Shown: positions 9,513 to 18,312, numbered from the stretch's first letter. The stretch: DNA of 44,804 nt from Phycisphaerae bacterium (GCA_046541415.1 JBKHDI010000023.1:1-44804); one strand, 5' to 3'. A program made the numbers and translations. Notes: generated by a model from the letters alone, not told the origin.

Positions 9513-10199
9513 ATGGCCCTGATCCGCAGACTCCAACGCATCACGCTGGGGCGTATCGAGGCGTTCCTCGAATCGCTCAAGGCCCCGCATGCCGTCCTGC
9601 CCGGCCTGCTGGCCGAGCTGGACCGGGCGGTGGATTCCGCCGCCCAGGCCGAGGCCAAGGCGCTGTCCGCCTTCAAGTCCGCCCAACGGCGGATCGACGA
9701 GGCAAACGGCAAGCTCCTGCGCCTCGAACAGGGCGCCCAGTTGGCGCTGTCTCGAGACGACGAACCGCTGGCCCGCCGGGCGCTGGCCGAGCAGATCCGG
9801 GTCCAGCAGGAGGGCGAGTCGCTGGCCCAGCGGTTCGAGCAGGCCCGGCAGGCCCACGCCAGTGCCCGGCAGGTCCGCAAGCAGCTCCAGCACAGCCGCA
9901 GGCAGATCCGCCGGCAGGCAGGCGACTTGCCCGCTGTCGCCCGCGCCGGCCAGGCCGCCGCGAAGGCCGAAGACGTCCTCTCGGGGCTGAAAGACCAGGC
10001 CGACTGGGCCCTGCTGGACCTGGTCGCCCGGATGGACAGTCCGGATGTCCCTGCCGATCCGCACGAGGACGAGCAGGCGGACCCCGACGGTCCCGGCCCT
10101 GCCGCCGGGGTTCTGGCCCCCCTGGGGGCCGCCACCGACGCGCCGCCCGAAATCCGGGTCCGCATCGAGCAGATCCGCAACGAACTCCAGGACAGCTGA
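9513..10199 (+). CDS. PspA/IM30-like protein paralog 2 with Pro/Asp-rich disordered C-terminal tail
   Basis: MALIRRLQRITLGRIEAFLESLKAPHAVLPGLLAELDRAV aligns to the PspA helix alpha0/alpha1. Coiled-coil body. The tail DSPDVPADPHEDEQADPDGPGPAAG is absent from paralog 1. Starts 30 nt after the giant-protein stop. Confidence 0.75.
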   Translation: MALIRRLQRITLGRIEAFLESLKAPHAVLPGLLAELDRAVDSAAQAEAKALSAFKSAQRRIDEANGKLLRLEQGAQLALSRDDEPLARRALAEQIRVQQEGESLAQRFEQARQAHASARQVRKQLQHSRRQIRRQAGDLPAVARAGQAAAKAEDVLSGLKDQADWALLDLVARMDSPDVPADPHEDEQADPDGPGPAAGVLAPLGAATDAPPEIRVRIEQIRNELQDS

Positions 10200-10446
10200 C
10201 CGGCCCGGTCGGCAGAGGCCTCCCAGCCACAAGTCGCATCTAACCATTGTCGATATAGTTGGTTACAGGATAATGTCTGCGGCGGACCGGGCCGCATGAT
10301 CCGCAGGGGCCCCCCAGCCGGAAAACTCGACCCTGCTTCTGTGATTTCCACCATTTTCTTGCTTCGGTTCGCTTGGAAATCCGCCGAATCGTACTGTACC
10401 TCCAGGGGGAAAAGCGAAGTGGCTTTTGTGTGCTGGAGGGCTCCCC

Positions 10447-11367
10447 ATGGTTGAAAATGCAAGGCGAACCCAGGCGTCGTCCAAGGTCGGAAACGACAAG
10501 AAGGACCGACGCATGTCCCTGCTCAAACGCGCAGGCCTGTTCTCGAATGACACCCAGGGCGCCCGGATCTTCCGGGCTGTCACCGTCGAGGATCTGCTCG
10601 GCGCCTACGGGCTGACGCACGATGTTTTCGTCCGCCAGGGCTACATCCACCCCGACCCCACGGGCGTGCGCCTGCGGGCGTACGAGGCCCTGCCCCAGAC
10701 GGCTACCTTTGTCGCCGCCGACGGCGAGGACATTGTCGGGGTCACCAGCGTCGTCGTCGATACCCCCCAGCTGGGCCTGCCGACCGACCACGCGTTCGGC
10801 GCGGAGGTCGACTCGATCCGAGGCCCGAACCGCAGGATCTGCGAGGGGACCAACTGGCTGGTCTGCGACTCGCACCGAAACTCGGCGGTATTGACCGAAC
10901 TGATGCGCTGCAGCTTCGCCCACGCTGTCGAAGCCGGCTGCACCGATTTCCTCGGCACGGTCAGCCCGGGCCACGCGAAGTTCTACGAACTGCTGGGTTT
11001 CGAGATTCTCGGCTCGCAGCGCAGCTACTCTGAGGAGATCTACGACCCGGTCGTGCTGGTCCGCCTGGACCTGACGGGCCTGGACGCGCGGTTCCTCTAC
11101 GTCGAGGCCGGCTTCGGGGATGTCGAAAGCTTCCTGAAGCACTACTACATCGAGGACAACCCGTATCATCGTCAAGTGGCGGCCTGGCAGATCCAGTCCG
11201 ATCGCCTCTTCGCCGACCGGACCCTCCTGTCGGTCCTCTTCGTGCGGGAATCGGACCTCCTGCCGCGCTGCAGCGCCGAAGAACTCGATGCGATCGGGCA
11301 ACACTGGAAACAGGTGCCTCTCTGCGAAGTCTATCAGCCGGGCCAGACCAGTCGGCTGCCCAGCTGA
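10447..11367 (+). CDS. GNAT-fold N-acyltransferase (Acetyltransf_5; OlsB/FeeM N-acyl amino acid synthase-like)
   Basis: Sequence pattern (FRAVTVEDLLGAYGLTHDVFV ... LVCDSHRNSAVLTELM ... HAKFYELLGFEILGSQRSY) resembles N-acyl amino acid synthase / ornithine N-acyltransferase families. GGAGGG RBS 6 nt before the ATG at 10447. Alternative starts are 10426 and 10513. Confidence 0.5.
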   Translation: MVENARRTQASSKVGNDKKDRRMSLLKRAGLFSNDTQGARIFRAVTVEDLLGAYGLTHDVFVRQGYIHPDPTGVRLRAYEALPQTATFVAADGEDIVGVTSVVVDTPQLGLPTDHAFGAEVDSIRGPNRRICEGTNWLVCDSHRNSAVLTELMRCSFAHAVEAGCTDFLGTVSPGHAKFYELLGFEILGSQRSYSEEIYDPVVLVRLDLTGLDARFLYVEAGFGDVESFLKHYYIEDNPYHRQVAAWQIQSDRLFADRTLLSVLFVRESDLLPRCSAEELDAIGQHWKQVPLCEVYQPGQTSRLPS

Positions 11368-11449
11368 GACCCCCCGACGCCGCCGAACCAACCATCGCAG
11401 GTCGCTGCCGCAACACGCGGCGCGGCCTGCGTTGCTGTTTCCGGACGGT

Positions 11450-12355
11450 TCACGGCGGGCCCGGCCCGTGGGTGTCCCACTCCAACGCACGCTCCACGTA
11501 CAGCGGCCCGACCCGCATGTTCTGGCCGAAGGTGTGCGGGACGAAGCGGGCAAAGCAGCTGGCCAGCAGGCCCATCGAGATCGCCAGCCAGACCAGGTGC
11601 GTTCGCTTGAGCACGTAGAAGCCCGCCCAGACGGCCCCGCCGACCAACGTGGCGACCATCAGCGGGCCGTTGGGCCAGTGCAGCAGGGCGAAGAGGCAGG
11701 CGGCCATGCCGACACGCTCGACCGGCTCGAGCCCCATCCTCCGCAGCCGCGGGACCAAAAAGACCAGGAACAGCCCCATCTGCGCCAGGGCGTACAGCGG
11801 ATACGTCGCCAGCGAGACGGCCAGCTTGTCCCAGCGGACTCGGATCGGCCCGTGGATCATCATGGCCAGGCCCAGCCCGCCGGCGATGGTTACCACGCAC
11901 AGCAGCAGCGTCCAGACCGCCAGTGGCCCGGGCCATTTCGGGCGCCGCAGCAGGCGCCGGCGCAGGTCGTGGACGTCGAGGCGATGGCGGGCGAAGATGG
12001 CCAGTGTCATCGCCAGCCAACCTGCCAGGGCTGTCCAGTCCAGCCAGCCCAAGTCGCGGGGCTTGGACGGCAGGACCGCCCAGGCCAGACCCAGCAGCGA
12101 GGCGAAGACCAGCAGCGTCTCGGCCCAGGCGACCGTCGAGACCCGCCGGCGGCGCTGTCGCAGATCGGCCCGGGCCAGCAGAAGCCCGGCTGCGACCAGG
12201 CCGGCCCCGATGAGAACCGGCCACATGCCGTGGTCACCGCCGGTCGGGGTGACGAACCGAGCGTGCCGCCCTCCGTACCGCAGGGCCGCGGCCGCCATGA
12301 CCAGGCCGAGATGTATCAGAACCAACGACAGACCCACAAGCCTCTCCCTGAACAC
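11450..12355 (-). CDS. Polytopic membrane protein, possible CPBP/CAAX-type intramembrane protease family
   Basis: Eight or more hydrophobic segments. FALLH and H-x3-N/D-like motifs suggest CPBP but are not conclusive. GTG start at 12355; alternative ATG at 12298. Confidence 0.4.
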   Translation of the reverse strand: MFRERLVGLSLVLIHLGLVMAAAALRYGGRHARFVTPTGGDHGMWPVLIGAGLVAAGLLLARADLRQRRRRVSTVAWAETLLVFASLLGLAWAVLPSKPRDLGWLDWTALAGWLAMTLAIFARHRLDVHDLRRRLLRRPKWPGPLAVWTLLLCVVTIAGGLGLAMMIHGPIRVRWDKLAVSLATYPLYALAQMGLFLVFLVPRLRRMGLEPVERVGMAACLFALLHWPNGPLMVATLVGGAVWAGFYVLKRTHLVWLAISMGLLASCFARFVPHTFGQNMRVGPLYVERALEWDTHGPGPP

Positions 12356-12426
12356 CGGCGGCGCAGGAATCGGGGCCGGGAGGGTTCCTGCCGCCCGACC
12401 CCGCAGCTGCGCTGGCTCGACCTGGC

Positions 12427-13491
12427 CTAGACCTTTACCGCGAAGGATTCGTTCTTCTTGACATCGGCGCAGAAAGCGGCCAGAAGCTCAGCGGTGTTCT
12501 GCAGGTCGCGCAGGTCGAGCATTTCGACCGTCGAATGCATGTAGCGGTTGGGGATCGATACGATCATCGCCGGGATCCCGCCGTTCTGCGTCCAGTAGGC
12601 GTAGGCGTTGGTCCCGCCGGTGAGGCTGAAGGTCTCGATCTGGTAGTCGATCTTTTTTTTCCTGGCGACCTTCTGGAGGCGGTCGGTGAGCATGGGGTGG
12701 TTCTCGCGACCCAGCGACAGGGCCGGGCCTTTGCCCAGCAGGATCTCGCCGTGCTGCTTGACGTCAATGCCCGGCGTGTCGGTGGCGTGGGTGACGTCGA
12801 CGGCGATGGCGATGTCGGGCTTCTGGGTGAAGCCCTGCATCCGCGCGCCGTTGAGGCCCGTTTCTTCCTGGATGCTGCTGGCGGCGATGATGCACGCCTT
12901 GGGGTCGGACTTCTTGGCGATGCGCAAGGCCTCGATGACCGCCCAGACGCCGGCCTTGTTGTCGAACGCCCGGCTGATGCCGATATTCTCATCGAGCATC
13001 TCGAACTCGTCGACGAAGGTAATCGGGTCTCCCACGGCCACGCGTTTCCTGGCTTCGTCGGCATCGGCGGCGCCGATGTCGATGAACAGCTCGTGCATTT
13101 TGGGGGCTTTGGCGTCCTTGGACTTGTCGCCGAGGTGGATGGCGGTGGCGCCGATCACGCCGCGGACGGCGCCCTTGGCTGCGTGGATGTCGACGCGTTT
13201 GGAGCGGATCAGGGCCGGGTCGACCCCGCCGATCCGCTGGAAGTAGATGTAGCCCTTCGGGTCGATGTACTTGACCATCAGGCCGATCTCGTCGACGTGC
13301 CCGTCCAGGACGATCCGCGGGCTGCCCTTGGGGTTGACGATCGCCACCGCATTGCCGTACGCGTCGGTCTTGACCTCGTCGGCGACCTTGCGGGCGTAGT
13401 CGCACCAGACCTTCTGATTCTTCGTCTCAAAGCCGCTGGGCGACGGGGTGGCCAGCAGCTTCTTGAGAAACTCCAACGATTCTTTACGCAT
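12427..13491 (-). CDS. M42-family metallopeptidase (glutamyl aminopeptidase / FrvX-YsdC-like)
   Basis: LDGHVDEIGLMV, FDNKAGVW and EETGLNGA metal-binding signature blocks of M42/M20 peptidases. 354 aa. Confidence 0.85.
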   Translation of the reverse strand: MRKESLEFLKKLLATPSPSGFETKNQKVWCDYARKVADEVKTDAYGNAVAIVNPKGSPRIVLDGHVDEIGLMVKYIDPKGYIYFQRIGGVDPALIRSKRVDIHAAKGAVRGVIGATAIHLGDKSKDAKAPKMHELFIDIGAADADEARKRVAVGDPITFVDEFEMLDENIGISRAFDNKAGVWAVIEALRIAKKSDPKACIIAASSIQEETGLNGARMQGFTQKPDIAIAVDVTHATDTPGIDVKQHGEILLGKGPALSLGRENHPMLTDRLQKVARKKKIDYQIETFSLTGGTNAYAYWTQNGGIPAMIVSIPNRYMHSTVEMLDLRDLQNTAELLAAFCADVKKNESFAVKV

Positions 13492-13639
13492 GATGCTTCC
13501 TTCCTGGTATTCGAGGGTCAGAACAGCTTATCGGCCGGCCGGGCCAGACACAATAGCCATCCGCTCGGGCGACCGGGACGGGCCTGCGGGGGATTTGGCG
13601 TTGGCAGCGGGCCCGCGGCTGCCTACACTGTCGGACATT

Positions 13640-15286
13640 ATGGCAAATCCTTACCTGGATCGCAGATACCTGATCAGCTTCGAGACGCGTCGCCTGCCGT
13701 ACGTCTTTACCGACGTGCTGGTCATCGGCTCGGGCATCGCGGGGCTGCGGGCCGCCCTGGCAGCGGCCGAGAACTGTCGTGTGCTGCTGGTGACCAAATC
13801 GGACCTGGCCAGCTCGAATTCGTACAAGGCCCAGGGCGGCATGGCGGCGGCGATTGCCCCGACCGACAGCATCGGCCAGCACCAGGCCGACACGCTGAGA
13901 ACCGGCTGCGACCTGTCCGACCCGGACGTGGTCGGCGACGTGCTCAGCCAGGCACCGGGGCAGGTCGAGCAGCTCAAGGGGTGGGGCGCGGCGTTCGATG
14001 AGTCTGCCGGACAGCTGGAACTCGGGCGCGAGGGGGGGCACGGCGCCGACCGGATCGTCCACGCCCACGGCGACGCGACCGGGCGCGAGCTGGTCGACGT
14101 GCTGGCCCGCCAGGCCCAGGCGGCCGGGAACCTCAAGCTCTGGTCCGACTGCTACGTGCTGGACCTGATTACCGACCCGCCGGGCGGCGGGAACGCAGCC
14201 AGTTGCCTCGGGGCCCTGACGTGGCACGAGCGGTACGGGCTGCAGATCATCCAGGCGCGGCGGACGATCCTGGCCGCCGGCGGCAGCGGCATGCTCTGGC
14301 GCGAAACGACCAACCCGCCGGTTTCGACCGCCGACGGACTGGCCATCGCCTTCCGGGCCGGGGTCAGCCTGGCCGACGTGGAGTTCATGCAGTTCCACCC
14401 GACCACCCTGTATGTCGCCGGCGCGACGCGCTCGCTGATCAGCGAGGCCGTCCGCGGCGAGGGGGCCAAGCTGCTGAACCGCAACATGCAGCGGTTCATG
14501 CCCGACTATCACGAGATGGCCGAACTGGCCCCGCGCGACGTGGTCAGCCGGGCCATCCTCGACCAGATGCAGAAGACCGAATCGACACACGTATACCTCG
14601 ACGTGCGTCATCTCGATGCGGCCGCCTTCGCGGCGCGGTTCCCCTACATCGACCGCCAGTGTCGCTCGTTCGAGATCAACCCGGCCGAGGATTTGATCCC
14701 CGTCCACCCGGCCGCCCATTACATGATCGGCGGGGCGAAGGTCGACTCGGCCGGGCGGACGAACGTGGCGAACCTGCTGGCCTGCGGCGAGGCGGCTTGC
14801 ACGGGCCTGCACGGGGCCAACCGCCTGGCCTCGAACAGCCTGACCGAGGCGCTGGTTCTGGGCCAGCGCTGCGGCGAGCTGGCAGGCAGGGAGTCGGCCG
14901 AGGCGGAAGACAACCTCATCCCGCGGGATTTTGCCTGGTCCAACCCCACGCCCGAGCGCAGCGAGATGGACCTGGTCGACATCCGCAATTCGCTGCGGTC
15001 GGTCATGTGGCGGAACGTGGGCATCGTCCGGCGCGGCGACCACCTGGCCGACACGCTGGAGATCGTCTCGTTCTGGGGTCGTTACGTGCTGGACAAGGAA
15101 TTCTTCGACCCTGCCGGCTGGGAGGTCCAGAACATGCTCACCGCGTCGTACCTGATTGCCGAACTGGCCCTGCGCCGCACCGAGACCCGCGGCGTGCACT
15201 ATCGCCAGGACTTTCCGGACCTGGACCCCAACTGGGCCCGCCACCAGGCCGTCCAGCGCAGCCAGCACCAGTTGATCGTCCAGTAG
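13640..15286 (+). CDS. nadB: L-aspartate oxidase
   Basis: FAD-binding VLVIGSGIAGLRAALAAA and SNSYKAQGGMAAA motifs. RGEGA and HYMIGG signature regions. About 548 aa. Confidence 0.85.
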   Translation: MANPYLDRRYLISFETRRLPYVFTDVLVIGSGIAGLRAALAAAENCRVLLVTKSDLASSNSYKAQGGMAAAIAPTDSIGQHQADTLRTGCDLSDPDVVGDVLSQAPGQVEQLKGWGAAFDESAGQLELGREGGHGADRIVHAHGDATGRELVDVLARQAQAAGNLKLWSDCYVLDLITDPPGGGNAASCLGALTWHERYGLQIIQARRTILAAGGSGMLWRETTNPPVSTADGLAIAFRAGVSLADVEFMQFHPTTLYVAGATRSLISEAVRGEGAKLLNRNMQRFMPDYHEMAELAPRDVVSRAILDQMQKTESTHVYLDVRHLDAAAFAARFPYIDRQCRSFEINPAEDLIPVHPAAHYMIGGAKVDSAGRTNVANLLACGEAACTGLHGANRLASNSLTEALVLGQRCGELAGRESAEAEDNLIPRDFAWSNPTPERSEMDLVDIRNSLRSVMWRNVGIVRRGDHLADTLEIVSFWGRYVLDKEFFDPAGWEVQNMLTASYLIAELALRRTETRGVHYRQDFPDLDPNWARHQAVQRSQHQLIVQ

Positions 15287-15306
15287 ATCTCAAGGGCCCG
15301 GAGTTC

Positions 15307-15328
15307 CGGCGGCCGAGGGTTGCCGCCG
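15307..15328. terminator. Stem-loop (7-bp GC stem CGGCGGC/GCCGCCG, 8-nt loop) between convergent nadB and TPR genes; candidate bidirectional terminator
   Basis: Read directly. Flanked by a direct repeat AGTTCCGGC (15302-15310 and 15334-15342). No U-tract. Confidence 0.3.
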
Positions 15329-15329
15329 A

Positions 15330-16367
15330 TCAGAGTTCCGGCAGGTTTCGGCGGGGGGTGTACTTGCGGACCAGTTGTCGCAGCCTGGGCTGGTCGGCAT
15401 GCAGGTCCAGCGAGCGGTTCCAGGAGTCCAGGGCGTTGGTGCGCAGGTCCAGCTGCTCGGGGTCCTGGAGGAACTGTGTCATGAAGGTATAGCCGCGTCC
15501 TCGCCAGGCGGCGGCGGAGTTGGAGTCGATTTCAAGGGCCTTGTCGTAGGCCTCGAGGGCCTTGTCGTACTGCTGCTGGGCGAAGTAGGCCGCCCCGATC
15601 TGCACCCAGGGGGTCGGGTCCGCGGGGACTTCCTCTGCCGCGGCCAGGAAGACCCGGATGGCCTCCCGCGTCCGCCCCTGCTGGGCATAAATGCCCCCCA
15701 GGGCCAGCAGGATGTCCGGCTGGTGGATGTCGAACTCCAGGGCCTTGTTGTAGGCTTCGACGGCCTCGTAGACTTTGCCCTGACTGTGCTGGATGACCGC
15801 GAGGTTCTTGTGGGCTTCCTTGCGGCCCGGTTCCAGCTGGATGGCCTTGCGGCAGTACTGTTCGGCCATCGAGGCGTTGCCGAGATCGAAGTAGCAGGCG
15901 CTGAGGTTCAGGTGTGCGTCGTAGTCCTTGGGTTTCAGCGTCACGGCCCGCAGGTAGGTTTCGACGGCCTTGGATACGTAGCGTTTGGCTTCCGCGGCGG
16001 TCTGGGCGGCGCGGGCCAGGGCCTGGTAGGTCACGCCGAGGTTGTATGCGGGGGTGAAGGCGAAGGGGTTGGCCGAGACGGCGTTCTCATAGGCCACCCG
16101 CGCCATGTGGTGCTCTTTTCGTTTCTGGTAGATGTTGCCCATGGAGGTATGGGCGATCGAGAGGGTCGGGTCGGCCTTGACGGCCTGGCGGAGTTCCTCC
16201 AGGGCTGCATCGAGGTCGCCTCCCTCTGCCAGCAGCTGACTGCGGACGTAGAGTTCGGTAGCCAGCCGGGTATCGGCCGGGCTGGGGCCTTGGGAGGTCT
16301 GACAGCCGCCCGTCAGCAGCAGGGCCAGCAGGACGACAGTGGTGGGAGCAGCAGTCTTTCTGGACAT
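15330..16367 (-). CDS. TPR-repeat lipoprotein
   Basis: Signal peptide with lipobox LLTGGC. Multiple 34-aa TPR repeats (AxxxYxxAL pattern). Confidence 0.8.
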   Translation of the reverse strand: MSRKTAAPTTVVLLALLLTGGCQTSQGPSPADTRLATELYVRSQLLAEGGDLDAALEELRQAVKADPTLSIAHTSMGNIYQKRKEHHMARVAYENAVSANPFAFTPAYNLGVTYQALARAAQTAAEAKRYVSKAVETYLRAVTLKPKDYDAHLNLSACYFDLGNASMAEQYCRKAIQLEPGRKEAHKNLAVIQHSQGKVYEAVEAYNKALEFDIHQPDILLALGGIYAQQGRTREAIRVFLAAAEEVPADPTPWVQIGAAYFAQQQYDKALEAYDKALEIDSNSAAAWRGRGYTFMTQFLQDPEQLDLRTNALDSWNRSLDLHADQPRLRQLVRKYTPRRNLPEL

Positions 16368-16450
16368 CCGGTCGGTCTCCGTGGAAGATAATGTTTGTCC
16401 CTGTTGTATAGGATCGGAATATCTCCGGTCAAGCCATCAAGGAACCTGGA

Positions 16451-16834
16451 TTGTCCGCACCGCAAAGCCAACCCCGCCGCCTGGGCCGAGACCGGCGGAT
16501 CAAATCGAAGCGCGAGTTCTCGCGGATGTTCGATTCGGCCATCCGTGTCGGGGACGATCAACTCACGCTCTTCGTCCTGCCCAACGAGCTTGCGTTCAGC
16601 CGGGTGGGGGTGGCGGTCTCGCGCCGGCTGGGCTCGGCCGTGCGTCGAAACCGCGCCAAACGCCTCTGTCGCGAGGCCTTTCGGCTGGTCCAGCACGACC
16701 TGCCCGGCGGGTGGGACTACATGCTCCTGCCCCGGGCCGGGGCCCAGCTGAAACTCCAGCGGCTGGAAGGGTCGATCCGTCGTCTCGGCCAGCAGGCCAT
16801 CGCCCGGTATCGCCGGGACCGGTCGGGCCGATGA
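16451..16834 (+). CDS. rnpA: Ribonuclease P protein component
   Basis: RLGRDRRIKSKREFSRMF ... VAVSRRLGSAVRRNRAKRLCREAFR matches the RnpA RNR motif. TTG start with an AAGGA RBS. No rpmH (L34) is detectable upstream. Confidence 0.75.
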   Translation: MSAPQSQPRRLGRDRRIKSKREFSRMFDSAIRVGDDQLTLFVLPNELAFSRVGVAVSRRLGSAVRRNRAKRLCREAFRLVQHDLPGGWDYMLLPRAGAQLKLQRLEGSIRRLGQQAIARYRRDRSGR

Positions 16835-17175
16835 TGCGGCGCGAGCTCCGGTGGGTCTGGCAGCTGCCTCGTCGGGCGCTGGTGGGTCTGGCGCGGCTGT
16901 ACCAGGTCACGCTCTCGCCCCTGGTCGGCCGCCAGTGCAAGTACCTGCCGACCTGCAGCAGTTACTTCATCGAGGCGGTCCAGAAGAAGGGCGCGGTGGT
17001 CGGCACGCTCAAGGGCCTCTGGCGGATCTGCCGCTGCAACCCGTTTGCCGCCGGGGGGTACGACCCGGTCGAACCGGAAAAGCCCGACCGCGAATCACCA
17101 GGGCTGGGCCAGTCCTCGCTGGGCCAGGAGGGGCCCGGCGACGGCGACGAACCGCTCGATGAACCTGGCCGGTGA
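16831..17175 (+). CDS. yidD: Membrane protein insertion efficiency factor YidD, with low-complexity Gly/Pro/Asp C-terminal tail
   Basis: YQVTLSPLVGRQCKYLPTCSSYFIEAVQKKGAVVGTLKGLWRICRCNPFAAGGYDPV is the YidD signature. The ATGA overlaps the rnpA stop. No yidC follows. Confidence 0.8.
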   Translation: MMRRELRWVWQLPRRALVGLARLYQVTLSPLVGRQCKYLPTCSSYFIEAVQKKGAVVGTLKGLWRICRCNPFAAGGYDPVEPEKPDRESPGLGQSSLGQEGPGDGDEPLDEPGR

Positions 17176-18252
17176 GAACCGACCAGCCCAGCGGTGCATC
17201 GCCGCGGGATCGAAGCGGCAGGTGAGCTGCTCGAACCGTTCGATCGCCTCGGCCAGGGCCTGCGGGGTCTGCGGGGCATAGTGCAGGCCGGTCGGGCAGT
17301 CCTGGTCGTCAGCGTCGGCCGAGCGGACCGTCTCCAGGGCCCCGCCGGCGGCGAAGGCGATTACCGGAGCGCCGCATGCGGTGGCTTCCAGCGGCACGAT
17401 GCCGAAATCCTCCAGGCCCGGAAACAGCAGCGCCCGGCAGCGGCGCAGGTGGTCGCGGATCGCCTCGTTGCTCTGCCAGCCGAGGAATTGGACGTTGTCC
17501 GGGGCGGCAGCCTGGAGTTTTTCGGCCATCTGTCCGGTTCCGATGATCTTCAGCGTCCGGCCGCTGATCCGGGCGGCCCCGACGGCGTGGTCGATCTTCT
17601 TGTACGGTGCCATCGCCGAGACAACCAGGTAGTAGTCCTCGCGTTGGACCCCCGGATCGGGCCGGTAGAAGTCTACGTCGACGGGCGGATAGACGATGTC
17701 GCTGCTGCGGCCGTAGCAGCGGGCGATGCGATCGGCGATGCACCGGCTGATACCGATGAACCGGTCGACGCGTTGGGCGGATCGTCGGTCCCAGGCCTTG
17801 AGATAGGGGCGAAAGGCCTTCAGGGCCCAGCCGGCCGGGCCCATCCGCCGGTCGTAGTCGTCGGCGACGGCCCAGATGTAGCGCATGGGGCTGTAGCAGT
17901 AGCAGATGTGCAGCTGTCGGCCGGTTCGCCCGCCGATGCCCTTGGCCACACAGTGCGAGGAGCTGACCACCAGGTCGAAGTCGCTGACATCCATGGACTC
18001 GATGGCTGCGGGAAGGACCGGCAGGAGGTGGCGGTAGATCTTTTCCGCCCGGGGCAGGTCGTTGACCCAACTGGTGTGGATCGCCCGGGATTCGATCGTC
18101 TCGCTGCAGCTGCCCGGCAGGTGCAGGAGCGTGAAGATCTCGGCGGTGGGCATGAGACGGCAGAGCAGTTCGAGGACTTTCTCCCCGCCGCGCATGCCGG
18201 TCAGCCAGTCATGGACCAGGGCGACTCTCGGTTTGCGTAACGGGTAGGGCAT
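17095..18252 (-). CDS. Glycosyltransferase family 4 (GT-B fold)
   Basis: Motifs ALVHDWL and E-x7-E (FPGLEDFGIVPLEA) of GT4 enzymes. The 3' end overlaps the convergent yidD by 81 nt. Confidence 0.75.
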   Translation of the reverse strand: MPYPLRKPRVALVHDWLTGMRGGEKVLELLCRLMPTAEIFTLLHLPGSCSETIESRAIHTSWVNDLPRAEKIYRHLLPVLPAAIESMDVSDFDLVVSSSHCVAKGIGGRTGRQLHICYCYSPMRYIWAVADDYDRRMGPAGWALKAFRPYLKAWDRRSAQRVDRFIGISRCIADRIARCYGRSSDIVYPPVDVDFYRPDPGVQREDYYLVVSAMAPYKKIDHAVGAARISGRTLKIIGTGQMAEKLQAAAPDNVQFLGWQSNEAIRDHLRRCRALLFPGLEDFGIVPLEATACGAPVIAFAAGGALETVRSADADDQDCPTGLHYAPQTPQALAEAIERFEQLTCRFDPAAMHRWAGRFSPARFIERFVAVAGPLLAQRGLAQPW

Positions 18253-18312
18253 GGCCGCGGATTCTAGCCCGTCGTCGAACCGATCGCAAATCTCCGCCCG
18301 CAGCGGCGGGGC

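Noticed and set aside
10240-11553. 437-aa minus-strand ORF overlapping the GNAT-like gene and the downstream intergenic region
   Set aside because: Antisense to a plus-strand gene with a good RBS and family motifs. The translation is Arg/Gly-rich low complexity.
16368-16450. Looked for rpmH (ribosomal protein L34, about 45 aa, Lys/Arg-rich) upstream of rnpA
   Set aside because: No ORF encoding a basic 44-46-aa peptide of L34 type. The space is only 83 nt.
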